Position numbers and translations under genes: made by a program
The notes under the pieces: generated by a model
Database searches by the model: none
What the model was told of the DNA's origin: nothing
The model's input: the letters and a program-made list of their open reading frames with translations, nothing else
Source: Dictyostelium discoideum
Lineage: Eukaryota
Direction: 5' to 3'
Length of the DNA: 64,000 bases
NCBI GenBank assembly: GCA_000004695.1
Contig: CM000154.2
Coordinates: 1,056,001-1,120,000 of the forward strand
In this document: positions 1 through 21,294 of the stretch, piece by piece
Layout: every line of letters begins with the position of its first letter
Numbering within the stretch: the stretch's first letter is position 1

Positions 1-697
1 TGAATTAATGGTGCCTTCTTTTCGACCTCTCTCAAGATATGTGAGAGATGATCTTGGACGTAACGTTTCTCTTTCTTTTCATTCAATGCAATCTTTGTGA
101 GATCATCATATCTTTGAATCATATCCAATAATTCCCTACGTAATTCATCACGACTACCCAATGTGGTTGCATCTGATAATCTCTCCTTTACAGTATCTGA
201 AAGTATTGGTATATCCATTTGTGATAAATCAGATGAGGAACCAACGCCATTGAATGATTGATTTTGAGCGTTGGCTTGGGTATGTTGTTTAAATTCATCA
301 AATTCCTTTATCACTTTTTGATAGTCTGCCTCTAAAATATCGTATGCTTCCTCCATTTTATGATATGCATCTTCATGTTCCTTTCTAAGTTTTTTATCTG
401 CTTCCTTTAATGCATCCAATCTATTTTGTAATAATGTCACCTTTTTACTAGATTCCTCTGATCTCTCTTGGTAAAGTGATGCTAAATTCTTTTGAGAATT
501 TAATTCTGTCTCGAATGAACTTGTCATTTGAACCTTTTCCGTTGTAATCTTTTTAATCTCTTCATTCAATTGTTGATTTTTCTTTTCAAGTTCACTAGTT
601 TGTTTCTTTAAATTTTGATTAATTTGATTCAATTTTAATATTTCATCTGCTTGATTTTCATTTTTTAATTTTAATTCTAAATTAAATGATTTCTAAT

Positions 698-728
<31 letters not shown>

Positions 729-1648
729 TTATTAATAGATTTTAAAAAAAAAATTATTATTATCATCATTTACTTACTAATTCTTTAATTTCATTAAATA
801 AATTATTTGTAGTTTGTTTTTGACTATCTTCTAAAAATGTTGTTTGTTTTCTTAATTCATTAACTTCTTGTTTTAAACGTTGAATTTGGAATTCATTTGA
901 TGAATTTTCATTCTCTACAGTGATCAATTTTGATTTTAAATCAGATTTCTCTTTAATAAATTCATTTAATCTTTCGGTTAATTTTGATACTGTTTCTGTC
1001 TCTTCTTTTAAATCTTTTTCTTTTCTTTCTATTATTGAATGAAGATTTGATTTCTCTTGTTGTAATTCATCTATAAATCTATTTAATGTATTTGATTTTG
1101 ATTCTCTTTCAATTGATAATTCTTTATATTTATGTAAATCTATATTAAGTTCTTCATTTTTTTGAGCTATTATTACCCCACATTATAAATTAGTTTTTTT
1201 GTTTTTTTTTTTTTTTTTTTTTTTTTAATTTTTTTATTTTATTTTAATCAATATTTGAGACATACTTAATGATTGTAAATCTTTTTTAATTGTAATATTT
1301 TGTTTATTTAATTGCTCAACATCTTTTTTGGAATCCATATAATCTTTTTCTAATTGTTGAAATAATTGCTCTGAAAAAAAATAATAAAAAATAAAGTAAA
1401 TAAGAAATATTAGTAATGTGATTTTAATTTTAATTTCTATTTTTATTATAGTTATTTTACATACGAGAATTTGTAACTTCAACTTGAGATTTGGCTTGAA
1501 TTGATTCTAAGGTTTGATTTAATTGCCTAATTTTAAATTCAGCTTTTAATATGATACCAATCGGATTCGTTGCAATGAATTGATTGTATTCATCTCTTGA
1601 TAAAAAACTACAACTCCATTGATTATTTGAATCACTAACAGATGTCAT
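1..1648 (-). CDS. Long coiled-coil protein (golgin/hook-like); N-terminal part only, the gene continues past the window start. Exons: complement(join(<1..692,778..1166,1266..1370,1465..1648)).
   Basis: ATG at 1648 on the minus strand. Canonical GTATGT/GTAAGT donors and AG acceptors join four exons into one open frame of heptad-rich sequence (..LNEFIKEKSDLKSKL.., ..HILREVEKKAPLI..). Track ORFs 1457..1648 and 1234..1482 are its exons 1 and 2. Confidence 0.6.
688..722. repeat. poly(A) homopolymer tract inside the intron of the coiled-coil gene
   Basis: Uninterrupted A run of about 33 nt read directly from the sequence. Confidence 0.9.
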
Positions 1649-2235
1649 TTTTCAATGGTAATATGTATGTTTTTATTTTATTTTATTTTTTTTATTGGGT
1701 ATTATTGTTTTATTGTTGATTATTATTTTATTGTCTATTTAATTCTATTTATGTTTGTGAAAGATTTTAATCTAAATAAAAGTTTTTTATTTTTATATTT
1801 TTTTAAGTTTTAAGCTTTACTTTTTCTTAAATATTATAAATAGTACAAAACCCGAAATTGTTTATATATAAACAAATAAATGAAATGCAACAACTATAAA
1901 AAAAATAAAAAAAAAAAATAAAAAAATAGAAAAATAAAAAAAAATTTTTTAAAAAGTTCAAAAAAAAATTTTTTTTTTTATTTTTATTTTTTTGTTGAAA
2001 CTTCAAATAAATAAATTTTGATTTTCACCTATTTCATTTTTTTTATTATTTTTTTTTATTTTTAATATTCTTAATTAATTAATAAATGTATGGAACCAAA
2101 GTAAATATATTTTTTAAATAATTACCATTCCAATCTATTTTTTTTCTTTGAATCTAATTTATTTTTTTTATTTTTACTTTTTTTTTTTATTTTTTTTTTT
2201 TTTATTTTTTTTTTTTAAATTCAAATTTTTTGTTT

Positions 2236-2271
<36 letters not shown>

Positions 2272-2313
2272 ATTTTTGTGTTTAACAGATAAATAAAATT
2301 GGGCGCTTAAGAA

Positions 2314-3280
2314 ATGATAAATAGTCAACAACATTCAATTAGAAACCAAAAATCAAATATAATTACTATAAATAATATATTCAATAAAATAATTAATTTT
2401 ATTAGTAAACTTTTAAAAATTTCACTTGCCACAATATTTACATTGGTGACGTGGTTAACATTATATCACCTTTTACAATTATTAACATTTTCAACTAAAA
2501 GTGATATTAATAATAATAATCAAAATAATAATAATCAAAATAATAATAATAATGTTACAATTAATTTATTTACTGGTGTACCTACATTTGATCAAATTAA
2601 AGATATATTTTTTAATAGTGTATTAATATCAGTATTTATATTTCAACACAGTTTTATGGCATCAAGTGGCTATAAATCATTTATTTCAAGTTCTAATTTT
2701 TTTCGTCCATTACAAAGATCAATGTATAACTTTTTCACATCATTAACTATTGAGGTAACAAATAATTTTTTTAAATTTTTTTTTTTTTTTTTTTTTTAAA
2801 TTATTTTAGAAACTAACCAGTTTTATTTTTATTTTTATTTTTAAAGTTTATGATTTCAAATTGGCAATCGGTTAATTCATTCATAATATGGGATTTATCA
2901 AAGTATGAATCAAATTTATCAACTTTAAAAACAATATTTTTAATTATAATTTTATTTGAATTTTTTTTATTTTTAAACTTTTTCGAATTCTTTGGAATTT
3001 CACAGGTAAGTAATAATTAATTAACTATAAATAAATGAATATGTTTATGAAATACTAATAATTCCTCCCCACACATATTTAGGTTTGGAGTCATTGCATA
3101 AAAAATAAAGAATATGAATTACCAATTGAAGAAAAGAATAGATTATATTCAATTATGAGGCATCCAAATACAGTTTCATTATTAATAATAATTTGGTTTT
3201 CACCAATAAGAATGACATTGGATTTATTTACTGTTTGCACATTCTTTACATTTTATTTATTGTGTGGTAATTCAAAATGA
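2314..3280 (+). CDS. NnrU/nurim-like multi-pass membrane protein (ICMT-related fold), three exons: join(2314..2754,2847..3005,3083..3280).
   Basis: Exon 1 is track ORF 2314..2799 up to donor GTAACA at 2755. AG acceptors at 2846 and 3082 and donor GTAAGT at 3006 restore the frame. The C-terminal exon carries ..EEKNRLYSIMRHPNTVSLLIIIW.., which resembles the RHPxY motif of the NnrU/nurim/ICMT superfamily. Several hydrophobic segments. Confidence 0.5.
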
Positions 3281-3597
3281 TAATTATCACTATTTTTTCC
3301 AAAAAAAGTAAAAAAAAAAAAAAAAAAGAAAACTTGTAAATAAGAAAAAAAAAAAAAAAGGATTAATAAAATGAAAAAAAAAAAAAAAAAAAGAAATTAT
3401 TTATTAAATTTTATATTTCAATCATATTATTGAAAATAATAAAGGATGTACATTATTTATTAATTATTATTATTATTTTTTTTTTTTTGTTATTTTTTTC
3501 TTGGTTATTTTTTTTTCTATTTTTTTTTTTTCTTGGTTATGTTTTTTTTTACTTTTTTTTTTTCCTTTTTTTTTTTTTATATTTTTTATATTTATTA

Positions 3598-5493
<1,896 letters not shown>

Positions 5494-5948
5494 TTTTTTT
5501 TTTTTTTGAATACTTTTATATTTATATTTTTATATGTTTTATTTATTTAATTAATTTTCTTTGTTTTGGTTTTTTTTTGTTATTTATTTTTATTATTATT
5601 GAATGTTTTAATGTTAAAAAAAAATGTATATAAAAAAAAAAAAGTGTTTATATGTGAAAAATATTTATTATATATGTATTTTTTTTTTTTATATAATTTT
5701 TATAAGAGATTTTATTTGTACACTATTATATAATATTACGATTAATTTATTATTTTTTTTTTTTTTTTTGGGAATAAATATAAAAAAAAATTAAAAAATT
5801 AAAAAATTAAAATTAAATTAAAAATCAAAAATTAAAAAAAAAAAATAAAAAAATAAAAATTAAAAATTAAAAAATAAAAATTAAAAATTAAAAAAAAAAA
5901 AAAAAAAATTAATATTTTATAAAATTCTTGTTTTTTTTGATAATCTGA

Positions 5949-6257
5949 AATGGTTTATTAAATATCAATACATTTTCAAATTTATTAAATAATAAATCAA
6001 TTAAATATTTATATTTATATGGTGATAGTGATTTCATTGTTTACTCATTAAAACCAATTGATGATGGCGATGATGATGGTAGAGAATTACATAAAGAATC
6101 AAGAACTATTTCATATAATCAATATTTATTTGAAAATATATTTTCATCACCATTAACATCAATTAGACATTATAGGATTACAATCAAAGAATCAAATCAA
6201 TTAAAATTCATATTTAATTTAATATTAAATAACATTAATTTATTTAATATTAAATAA
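5949..6257 (+). CDS. Possible coding exon (open frame without an ATG) of an unresolved plus-strand gene
   Basis: 103 stop-free codons (..KYLYLYGDSDFIVYSLKPIDDGDDDGRELHKESRTISYNQYLFENIF..) in very AT-rich DNA where all other frames on both strands are full of stops. No start codon or splice partners found. Confidence 0.2.
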   Translation, partial: NGLLNINTFSNLLNNKSIKYLYLYGDSDFIVYSLKPIDDGDDDGRELHKESRTISYNQYLFENIFSSPLTSIRHYRITIKESNQLKFIFNLILNNINLFNIK

Positions 6258-6378
6258 TATTAATAATTTTAATTAAAATTATATTCATTAATATTTGAAT
6301 TCAATCGAAACGAATTGGTTTGTGAATTTGTTAAAGAATTTAAAAATTTAATAAACAATATTTCAATACAACAAGAGC

Positions 6379-6455
<77 letters not shown>

Positions 6456-7203
6456 AAATCAAAATCGAACATGGTGAATATATTGAAGAATTAGGTAATC
6501 TCAATAATCCATATTTCACAACAGTAATAAAGAAAATGTGTAGATGTTATAAAAATAAATATATAAATAATATATAAATAAATTTAATTAAAGAAAAAAA
6601 TTAGTAGTGGTTGATAATGATGCAGCATGAGTAGTTGAAGTGTTTAGGAAAGTTGTATAGATACCAAATGGTGCGAATAATGTTGTTTAGTTTGTTGAAT
6701 TAATATATGATTGAATTTGTATACTTTTAGTATTCTACTTTTCAAATAAATTTAATAAATAATAATATAATTTATTTATTTTTATTTGTTTTTTTTTATA
6801 ATTTATTAATTTACTTTTTTATTCACTTTTTTTTTTTAATTGAAAATAATCCAATCCGTTACAACATAAAAATGTTTTTTATTTGTTTTTTTTATTTATT
6901 TTTATTTATTTTAAAATGTAATAGTAGGGCAATATATGAAATAAATAAAATGGAAATAGTAGGGCAATATAATTAATTATATTGAAGATAGTGTAATTTG
7001 AAAAAAAAAAAAAAATTGAAAAAAAAAAAATTAAAAAAAAAAAAAAAAAAACAAATATAATAAATAAATTAAAAATGATTTGGATTTTATTTATTAGCTC
7101 TTGTTGGATTAAAAATTATCCAAAGTATTAAAAATAAAAATAATTATTCTAGCATGTTTATCTAATTCTGTATATTAAATAATGTTGTAGCTACACAACA
7201 TTT

Positions 7204-7356
7204 TTAGTTAATATCGAAACTAAATATTGATACTGCACTTCCATTTTCTTTCTTTGTACCTGAATGTAATGTCCAAATTGATTTCCCAACATATCCTGTC
7301 ACAATCGGTCCTATATTATATGGGAATGATTTTGATGCTGTTAAGTTTTGTCCCAT
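7204..7356 (-). pseudogene. Orphan 50-codon ORF matching the N-terminus of SCY1-like (SCYL1/NTKL) pseudokinases, ended by an in-frame TAA; no kinase-domain exons downstream
   Basis: The minus-strand ATG at 7356 gives MGQNLTASKSFPYNIGPIVTGYVGKSIWTLHSGTKKENGSAVSIFSFDIN*. Compare the human SCYL1 N-terminus ..[43 protein letters not shown]... No GT donor replaces the stop, and the next 600 nt downstream are non-coding repeats. Confidence 0.45.
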
Positions 7357-7617
7357 TAATTTAAATATATACATTTTTTAAAAGATAAATTATTCTCTTT
7401 ATTTCTCTCTTCGTCATCTTGACTATCAGATTGTGTTGTATCAATCCACTCTGGATCCACGAACCAAAGGGTATATAAAATCTTTTTATTCTTTTGTTTT
7501 GAATTTGAATTTATTGATAATTGTTTTAAACTTTTATTTAACGGTGTATCTTCATCTATTTCTTTATCGTCGTATGCACTCTAATTATTATTATTATTAT
7601 TATTATTATTGTTGTTT

Positions 7618-7673
<56 letters not shown>

Positions 7674-7769
7674 GTTGTTGTTGTTGTTGTTGTTGTTGTT
7701 ATTACTATTATTATTATTATTATTATTATATATTTTTTTTATTTTATTTTATTTTATTTATTTTATTTT

Positions 7770-9000
7770 TTATTCATTAAGATCCATTTCATTTAATTTA
7801 GCAATATCATCTTCATAATCAGAAGCTTCTTTTTCTTCTTCTTCTTCTTTTTCTTCTTCTTCTTCTTCTTCGACAGATTCACAATCAATTTCATCCTCAT
7901 CTAAATCAGATTCAAATTCAATACTTCTTTTTATATTTTCAAAACCATTTTTTAAAAAAACTTCATTTACAGTTTCACCTTTTAAATTTTTAATTTCAAT
8001 AATATGTTTAACGACTTTATTCAACTCGCAATGTGCAGAATTGATTGACGAGTAATTTTCGACAAATTCTGGTGAACAAGAATTGATATCGTCAATTAAG
8101 GTATCAAAGAATTCATCATCAATAAAAGTGTTGAAAAGTTTTAAACAGTTTGTTTCTTTGGTATATTTATTGACCAATTTTAATATATTGGCAATGCCAT
8201 CAAAATAGTAATGAAATAGATTTGCTTGAGCTTGAGCTGTTGAATAATTCTTTTTCAAACAATCAAGACAATCATTCTGTATCAAGTTGAGCAATTGTGG
8301 ATTGGAAGCACCAGTGATAGCGTTAATGATAGCCCAGGTGATTTCACGCTTAGTGTCCATATTGATTATTGGCTTTTTACCGTTTTCAATAGCTCTTTTA
8401 AGCAAAACCTCGTCTAAGACTCTTTGAATTTGACTCGATGGACCACTGGTAATATTTGACAAACACCAATAACCCTCCTTCACCAATGAGGCTTTTGGTG
8501 ATGATAAAAATTTAGGAAACACTTTCAATACATTAGATTGTAACAAAAACTCTGTAACGTCGTCAGGACCCGAGAGCATATTACCAATGGTACGAAATCC
8601 AGGTATATATAATGCAATGACTGTTTTGATCGGATTTGAAAATGATTTCAATGATGATCTGTGCCATTCCCATCGATATGACATTGCTAAAGATCTCTTT
8701 CTCTTCCGGGGTCGACTCAGTCAAGAAACATAACGCCCACAACGCGTCTGACACGATGTCCGCCTCTTTATGCCATGTCAAGAGTAAACTCTTTATGGAT
8801 GGTAATAGTGGCTTAATGAATCTAAATGCTGGACGTGGTGTACCACGACATAGATTACTAATGGTCCAACTTATATTTGAAACTAGTGATTTCTTTGTAT
8901 GAGTTTTCAATATCTCCACCAAATGTGGTACTAGTATACCCTCGTTGAGTATACTATCTCTATGTTGTGATGAATCACATATTATCCCATTATTACTCAT
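7770..9000 (-). CDS. Importin-alpha (karyopherin-alpha)-like armadillo-repeat protein. It lacks the IBB domain and the first ARM repeats, and a +/-1 frame disruption near 8600-8620 splits it into track ORFs 8581..9000 and 7770..8684.
   Basis: ARM-repeat signatures typical of importin-alpha: ..NISWTISNLCRG.., ..PGFRTIGNMLSGPDDVTEF.., ..KEGYWCLSNITSGPSSQIQRV.., ..TKREITWAIINAITGAS.., followed by an acidic tail. The two ORFs overlap by 104 nt in different frames. The sequence ..FKSDQN/VIALYIPGFRTIGN.. shows the 1-nt slip sits at a short A-run (caaaaca). Confidence 0.6.
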
Positions 9001-9149
9001 TCGATCCGATTAAAACATTAATTTTTATAAAGTCGCCGGTTCGATTCTGTGTAAAAAATTTTATATTGTTAGGTCACAGCTCTCTGATGAGAGACTCTGA
9101 GTCTTCCAAATATCATCAATACATTAACACCAACAAGCTAACGGCACCA

Positions 9150-9262
9150 TCAACACATTAACCCATTAACCCATCAACCCATTAACACATTAACATATCA
9201 ACACACCAACACATCAACACACTAACACATTAACGCATTAACACATTAACATCATCAAATAT
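9150..9262. repeat. Degenerate tandem 9-mer repeat (consensus CATTAACAC, about 12 copies) just upstream of the importin-like gene
   Basis: Seen directly: cattaaccc/cattaacac/catcaacac/cactaacac units in tandem. It is relatively GC-containing for this genome and has stops in all frames. Confidence 0.8.
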
Positions 9263-9469
9263 ATGAAAGAAATGGGTAAAATGATTTTATTTATTATGTT
9301 TTGAGAGATCTTAATCAAAAATATTTATCTTTGATATCTTTCATCAAACGAGACTCAATGGAACATATAGCAGTTGGTAATTGTTGTTGAATTGATTTGA
9401 TTATTTCCAATCATTCTAAATTTGGTTGAATCTATCAATAACAAAATTAAAGATCAATGGATATTATTA

Positions 9470-12440
<2,971 letters not shown>

Positions 12441-13063
12441 AATTTATTTATTTATTTGTTTATTTATTTATTTATTCATTCATTCATTTAATTATTTATT
12501 TGTTTGTTTGTTTAATAATTTATTACCCTTTGAAATTGAAACATGAAAATAAAAAAAAAAAATGGAATAAAAAAAAAAAAAAAAAAAAAAATGGAAAAAA
12601 AAAAATTTATTTGGAAAATAAAAAAAAAAATTCAAAAAACAGAATGATTACATTCATTTTTTTTAATTTTTATACCATTTTGTGTATTTTTGAGTGTTCT
12701 ATTTATCTATACTTAATTCAATTGTTTTGGTCTTTTCAATTTTCATTTTAGTTAACTTAATTATTAAATTTAAAATTGGTGTAAAATTCTTTTTTGTTTT
12801 TTTTTTTTTTTTTTTTTTTTAATTTTCATTTTATTTTTTTAATTTTTTTTTTTTTTTTTATTTTTCATTTTATTTTATTTTTTTTATTTTTTTATTTTTC
12901 ACAACCCTGAGTTTCCTTCGCTGGAAAATTATCAAATTATTTGTGTGTGTTTTTAATTGTATAATATATGGTAGGATAGTGTGAATTTTTTTTTTTTAAT
13001 ATAAAATAAGATACAGAAAAAAAAATAATAAAAAAAAAAAAATAAAAATAAAAACCATCACAA

Positions 13064-17905
<4,842 letters not shown>

Positions 17906-17951
17906 AAACAAACTTATATTTAATCTTTATTTTTTTTTTTTATTTTTTTTT

Positions 17952-18083
17952 TTATTGTTTTTTAAAATAGTTTCCAATTGGAGGTTTGACATCTTGATTC
18001 ATTGGACCATGACCAGTGATGAATGGATCCAACCAAACACTATCTCCAACTGTGAGTAATGGAACTAAACGCAAATTGGCTTT
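17952..18083 (-). CDS. Orphan terminal exon (43 codons plus stop) of an unresolved minus-strand gene. The plus strand of the same segment also reads as a splice-flanked exon.
   Basis: Minus strand: AG acceptor (..aattag|AAAGCC..) then KANLRLVPLLTVGDSVWLDPFITGHGPMNQDVKPPIGNYFKKQ* with codon usage typical of well-expressed genes (GGT, CCA, ATC, TTC). No upstream exon found within 1.4 kb. Plus-strand alternative: acceptor aaaatag|TTTCC at 17967 and donor |GTGAGT at 18049. Confidence 0.25.
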   Translation of the reverse strand, partial: KANLRLVPLLTVGDSVWLDPFITGHGPMNQDVKPPIGNYFKKQ

Positions 18084-18491
18084 CTAATTGGTAAAAACAA
18101 ATAAATAATGAACCTGTTATTAATATATTATTTTGTGGAAAAATTTATACAAAATAAATAAAAAAAAAAAAAAAATAACCAATATCATTGGTTTTCCTTA
18201 TAGTTGGGGAAAAAAAAAAAAAAATAATAAAAAAATAAAAAAAATTAAAAAAAATTCAATGCACCACACAACATCAATGTTTTTTAATTAAGAATATTTT
18301 TTTTTTTTTTTTTATTAAAATAATAATTAAATAAAAAAATAAAAATATTAATTAATTCTTTTTTTTTTTTATTTCACACCTTGACAAAGAATTTCTTATA
18401 AAAAACAAATTAAAAACTAATTTTGAATATTCATAAAAAGTTGAGCAGATATTTATTGTTATTATTTGAAAAAATTTTATTATAAAAAAAA

Positions 18492-18514
18492 AAAGAGGGG
18501 TACCCCCCCTCTTT
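18492..18514. repeat. Perfect 9-bp G/C-rich inverted repeat (hairpin) AAAGAGGGG-taccc-CCCCTCTTT in AT-rich intergenic DNA
   Basis: Seen directly at 18492..18500 and 18506..18514. Confidence 0.85.
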
Positions 18515-18637
18515 GATCAATATCAATTTCAGAGTTTAAAAAAAAAAAACAAAAGGAATTTCAATTTCTTGAATTAAAAAAAAAAAAGGTGATCAATATG
18601 CTTCACTTAAAAGAAAAAAAAGTGATCATCAGCTCCC

Positions 18638-18647
<10 letters not shown>

Positions 18648-18706
<59 letters not shown>
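18648..18706. repeat. poly(A) homopolymer of about 59 nt
   Basis: Seen directly. A similar tract lies at 51121..51160. Confidence 0.9.
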
Positions 18707-18708
<2 letters not shown>

Positions 18709-19772
18709 AAAAAAACCAAAATTGAAAAAAAAAATTGAAAAAAAAAAAAAAACCAAATTAAAAAAATGAAAAAAAACCACCACTTTTTTTTGAATAAAAA
18801 TTTATTTTTTTTTGATTTAAATATGTTGATGTCAACCTTAATTTTTGCAAACAGTAGAAAATAGCGATGTCGCGTGATGAAATTTATTTTTAATTTTTTT
18901 TTTTTTTTTATTTTATTATTATTTTTTTTTTTTAAAATAAAAATTTATTCAAGATTTTTTACACATTATTTAAAAGAAGACACCACCACAAATAATAACC
19001 ATTATTATATATATTAATATATTAATTTTATTTTTTTTAATTTTTTATTTTCAATTTTTTTTTTAATTTATCCATAAAACTTGATCAATAACAAAAAATT
19101 TTTTTTTTTTTTCTTTTTTTTCTTTTGGTCCACCTGTGCCACAGGTATAATTTCATAAGAAAGAAACATTTTAACTTTTCTAAATTTAATTTTTTTAATT
19201 TTTTTTAATTTTTTTTTTAATTTTTGCCTGCTCTTTCAATACCATTTTTAATTTTTTATATGCTGTTCTCTAATCTTACTCAACAATAATCAAAAAAAAA
19301 AAAAAAAAAAAACAAAAACAAAAAGGTATGTATCACACAAAGTTTTAATTTCCTAAAAAAAAAAAAAGTTTTATTTTTTATTTTTATTTTTTTTTCCAAT
19401 TTTCTATACAATTTTTTTTTTTATTTTTATTTTTGCAATACGTATCGATATTGTTCGCTGTAAAAAGGGTCCGTGTCCATTTATGTGAAAGGTTGTCAAA
19501 CCAAAAAAAGTTTCAATTTTTTAAAATAATTTAAATCGTTTTTAATTTTTTATTGTGATGCCATAGATATTATATCATTTTGATTATTATTTTGAGTGTG
19601 ATAATATTTTTAAAATAATAATAAAAATTAATATTGATAACAATAATTATTATTATTTTTATTATTATTATTTTAAATTTAATTTTATAATTTTAATTTT
19701 TTTAATTTTTTATTTTAATTTTTTTTTTTTTTTGAAAAGAAAAATTATTATATACTATGTGTAAAAAATTGT

Positions 19773-19811
<39 letters not shown>

Positions 19812-19814
19812 CCT

Positions 19815-19850
<36 letters not shown>

Positions 19851-19956
19851 CCTCTTTATATAGTATTTTTGACCATATAAATATATAACCTTCACAAAAA
19901 AAGGAAGAAAGAATAAGAATTGTTTTAATTTTTTTTTTTTTTTTTTTTTTTTGATA

Positions 19957-19997
<41 letters not shown>

Positions 19998-20035
19998 AAA
20001 TTAATAATAATAATAATAAAAAAATAAAAATAAAA

Positions 20036-20070
<35 letters not shown>

Positions 20071-20262
20071 TAAAATAAAATAAAAATAATTGTTTAACAA
20101 TAAAAAATAATTATTTGAATAACTATAGTTTTAATTATATATTCATATAATAAATATATATATTAATTATTTTATTTTTTATTTTTTAATTTTAGATTTA
20201 TTTTTTTTTAATATTTTTTTTTTAGTTAATTATTTTTTTTTTAATATATAAATAAAATTTGG

Positions 20263-20445
20263 ATGTTAATTAAAGATATTCTAAAAAGAAAATACCGTTA
20301 TGGAAAGTTGATAAGAAAGAAGATGAATAGAAATTACCATAATGAAAAAATTAATAATTTCGAAAATGATCCTAATAATAATAATAGCATCAACAACTTC
20401 GTAAATAACAATTTCAACAACAGCTCCAACAACAATAGCAATAGC

Positions 20446-20478
<33 letters not shown>

Positions 20479-20649
20479 AGCAGCAATAGCCACAGTAGTA
20501 ATAATAATTCCAGTTTTTTAATGAACCAATATGATTTTGAAAATAATGGTAATAAAAATAATTTAGAAAGTAATTTGAAAAAAAATAATAGTAGCCCTAA
20601 TATTAATAATTTTTTAAACAAACAAGGTTTTAACAACGATCTTTTAGAG

Positions 20650-20724
<75 letters not shown>

Positions 20725-20781
20725 CAAAATAATATTAATAATATTAATAATAATAATAATAATAGTATTAATACTGATATA

Positions 20782-20833
<52 letters not shown>

Positions 20834-21261
20834 GTAGTAGTGGTAGTAGTAATAATAATATAAGCCCGAATAGAGGAAATAGATTACTAATCAAATCACT
20901 TAAAAGTAAAAATATTGGAAATGGGGGAAAATTGAATAAAAATTATGGTGGGGGAAAAAATAATGGAGATCCAGCAACTGAAAACGATAATGATAATGAT
21001 AGTGATAATGGAATTAATGTATTTAATTTTAATCAATCTCCAATCACCAATTCATTAATGAATTATTCACCCATTTTCTCTCCAAATAGTAATAATAGCA
21101 CAAACAATGGTAGTGGTAGTAATAGTAATAATAGCCCAAACAATAGTAGTGGAAGTGGAGGAACTAATATTAGTCCAAGTAGTCTATTCAATTTAACCAA
21201 TACTACAGCTACTACTACCACTACAGCTACTACTTCAACTACTACTAATAATAATAATATA

Positions 21262-21294
<33 letters not shown>

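Noticed and set aside
5949-6480. Attempt to link the open frame 5949..6257 with the downstream (CAA)n-containing segment into one gene
   Set aside because: The frames are incompatible and no plausible intron (GT..AG of adequate length) connects them, so only the open exon is reported, at low confidence.
8636-8902. Plus-strand ORF 8636..8902 (88 aa)
   Set aside because: It is antisense to the importin-alpha-like coding region, with no supporting signals.
9030-9055. tRNA-like T-loop sequence GCCGGTTCGATTCTGTG
   Set aside because: The flanks do not form a T-stem (GCCGG versus CTGTG are not complementary), and no acceptor, D or anticodon arms could be built on either strand.
9075-9110. Hammerhead-ribozyme-like CTGATGAG followed by the hairpin AGACTC-T-GAGTCT
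   Set aside because: The conserved GAAAC after stem II and a stem I/III partner are missing, so it is only a short palindrome.
18820-18890. Possible Dictyostelium class I small RNA (near-palindromic GTTGATGTCAAC and a GC-containing segment)
   Set aside because: The conserved class I motif as I recall it (CCTTACAGCAA) is absent on both strands. I kept it only as a generic GC-island candidate.
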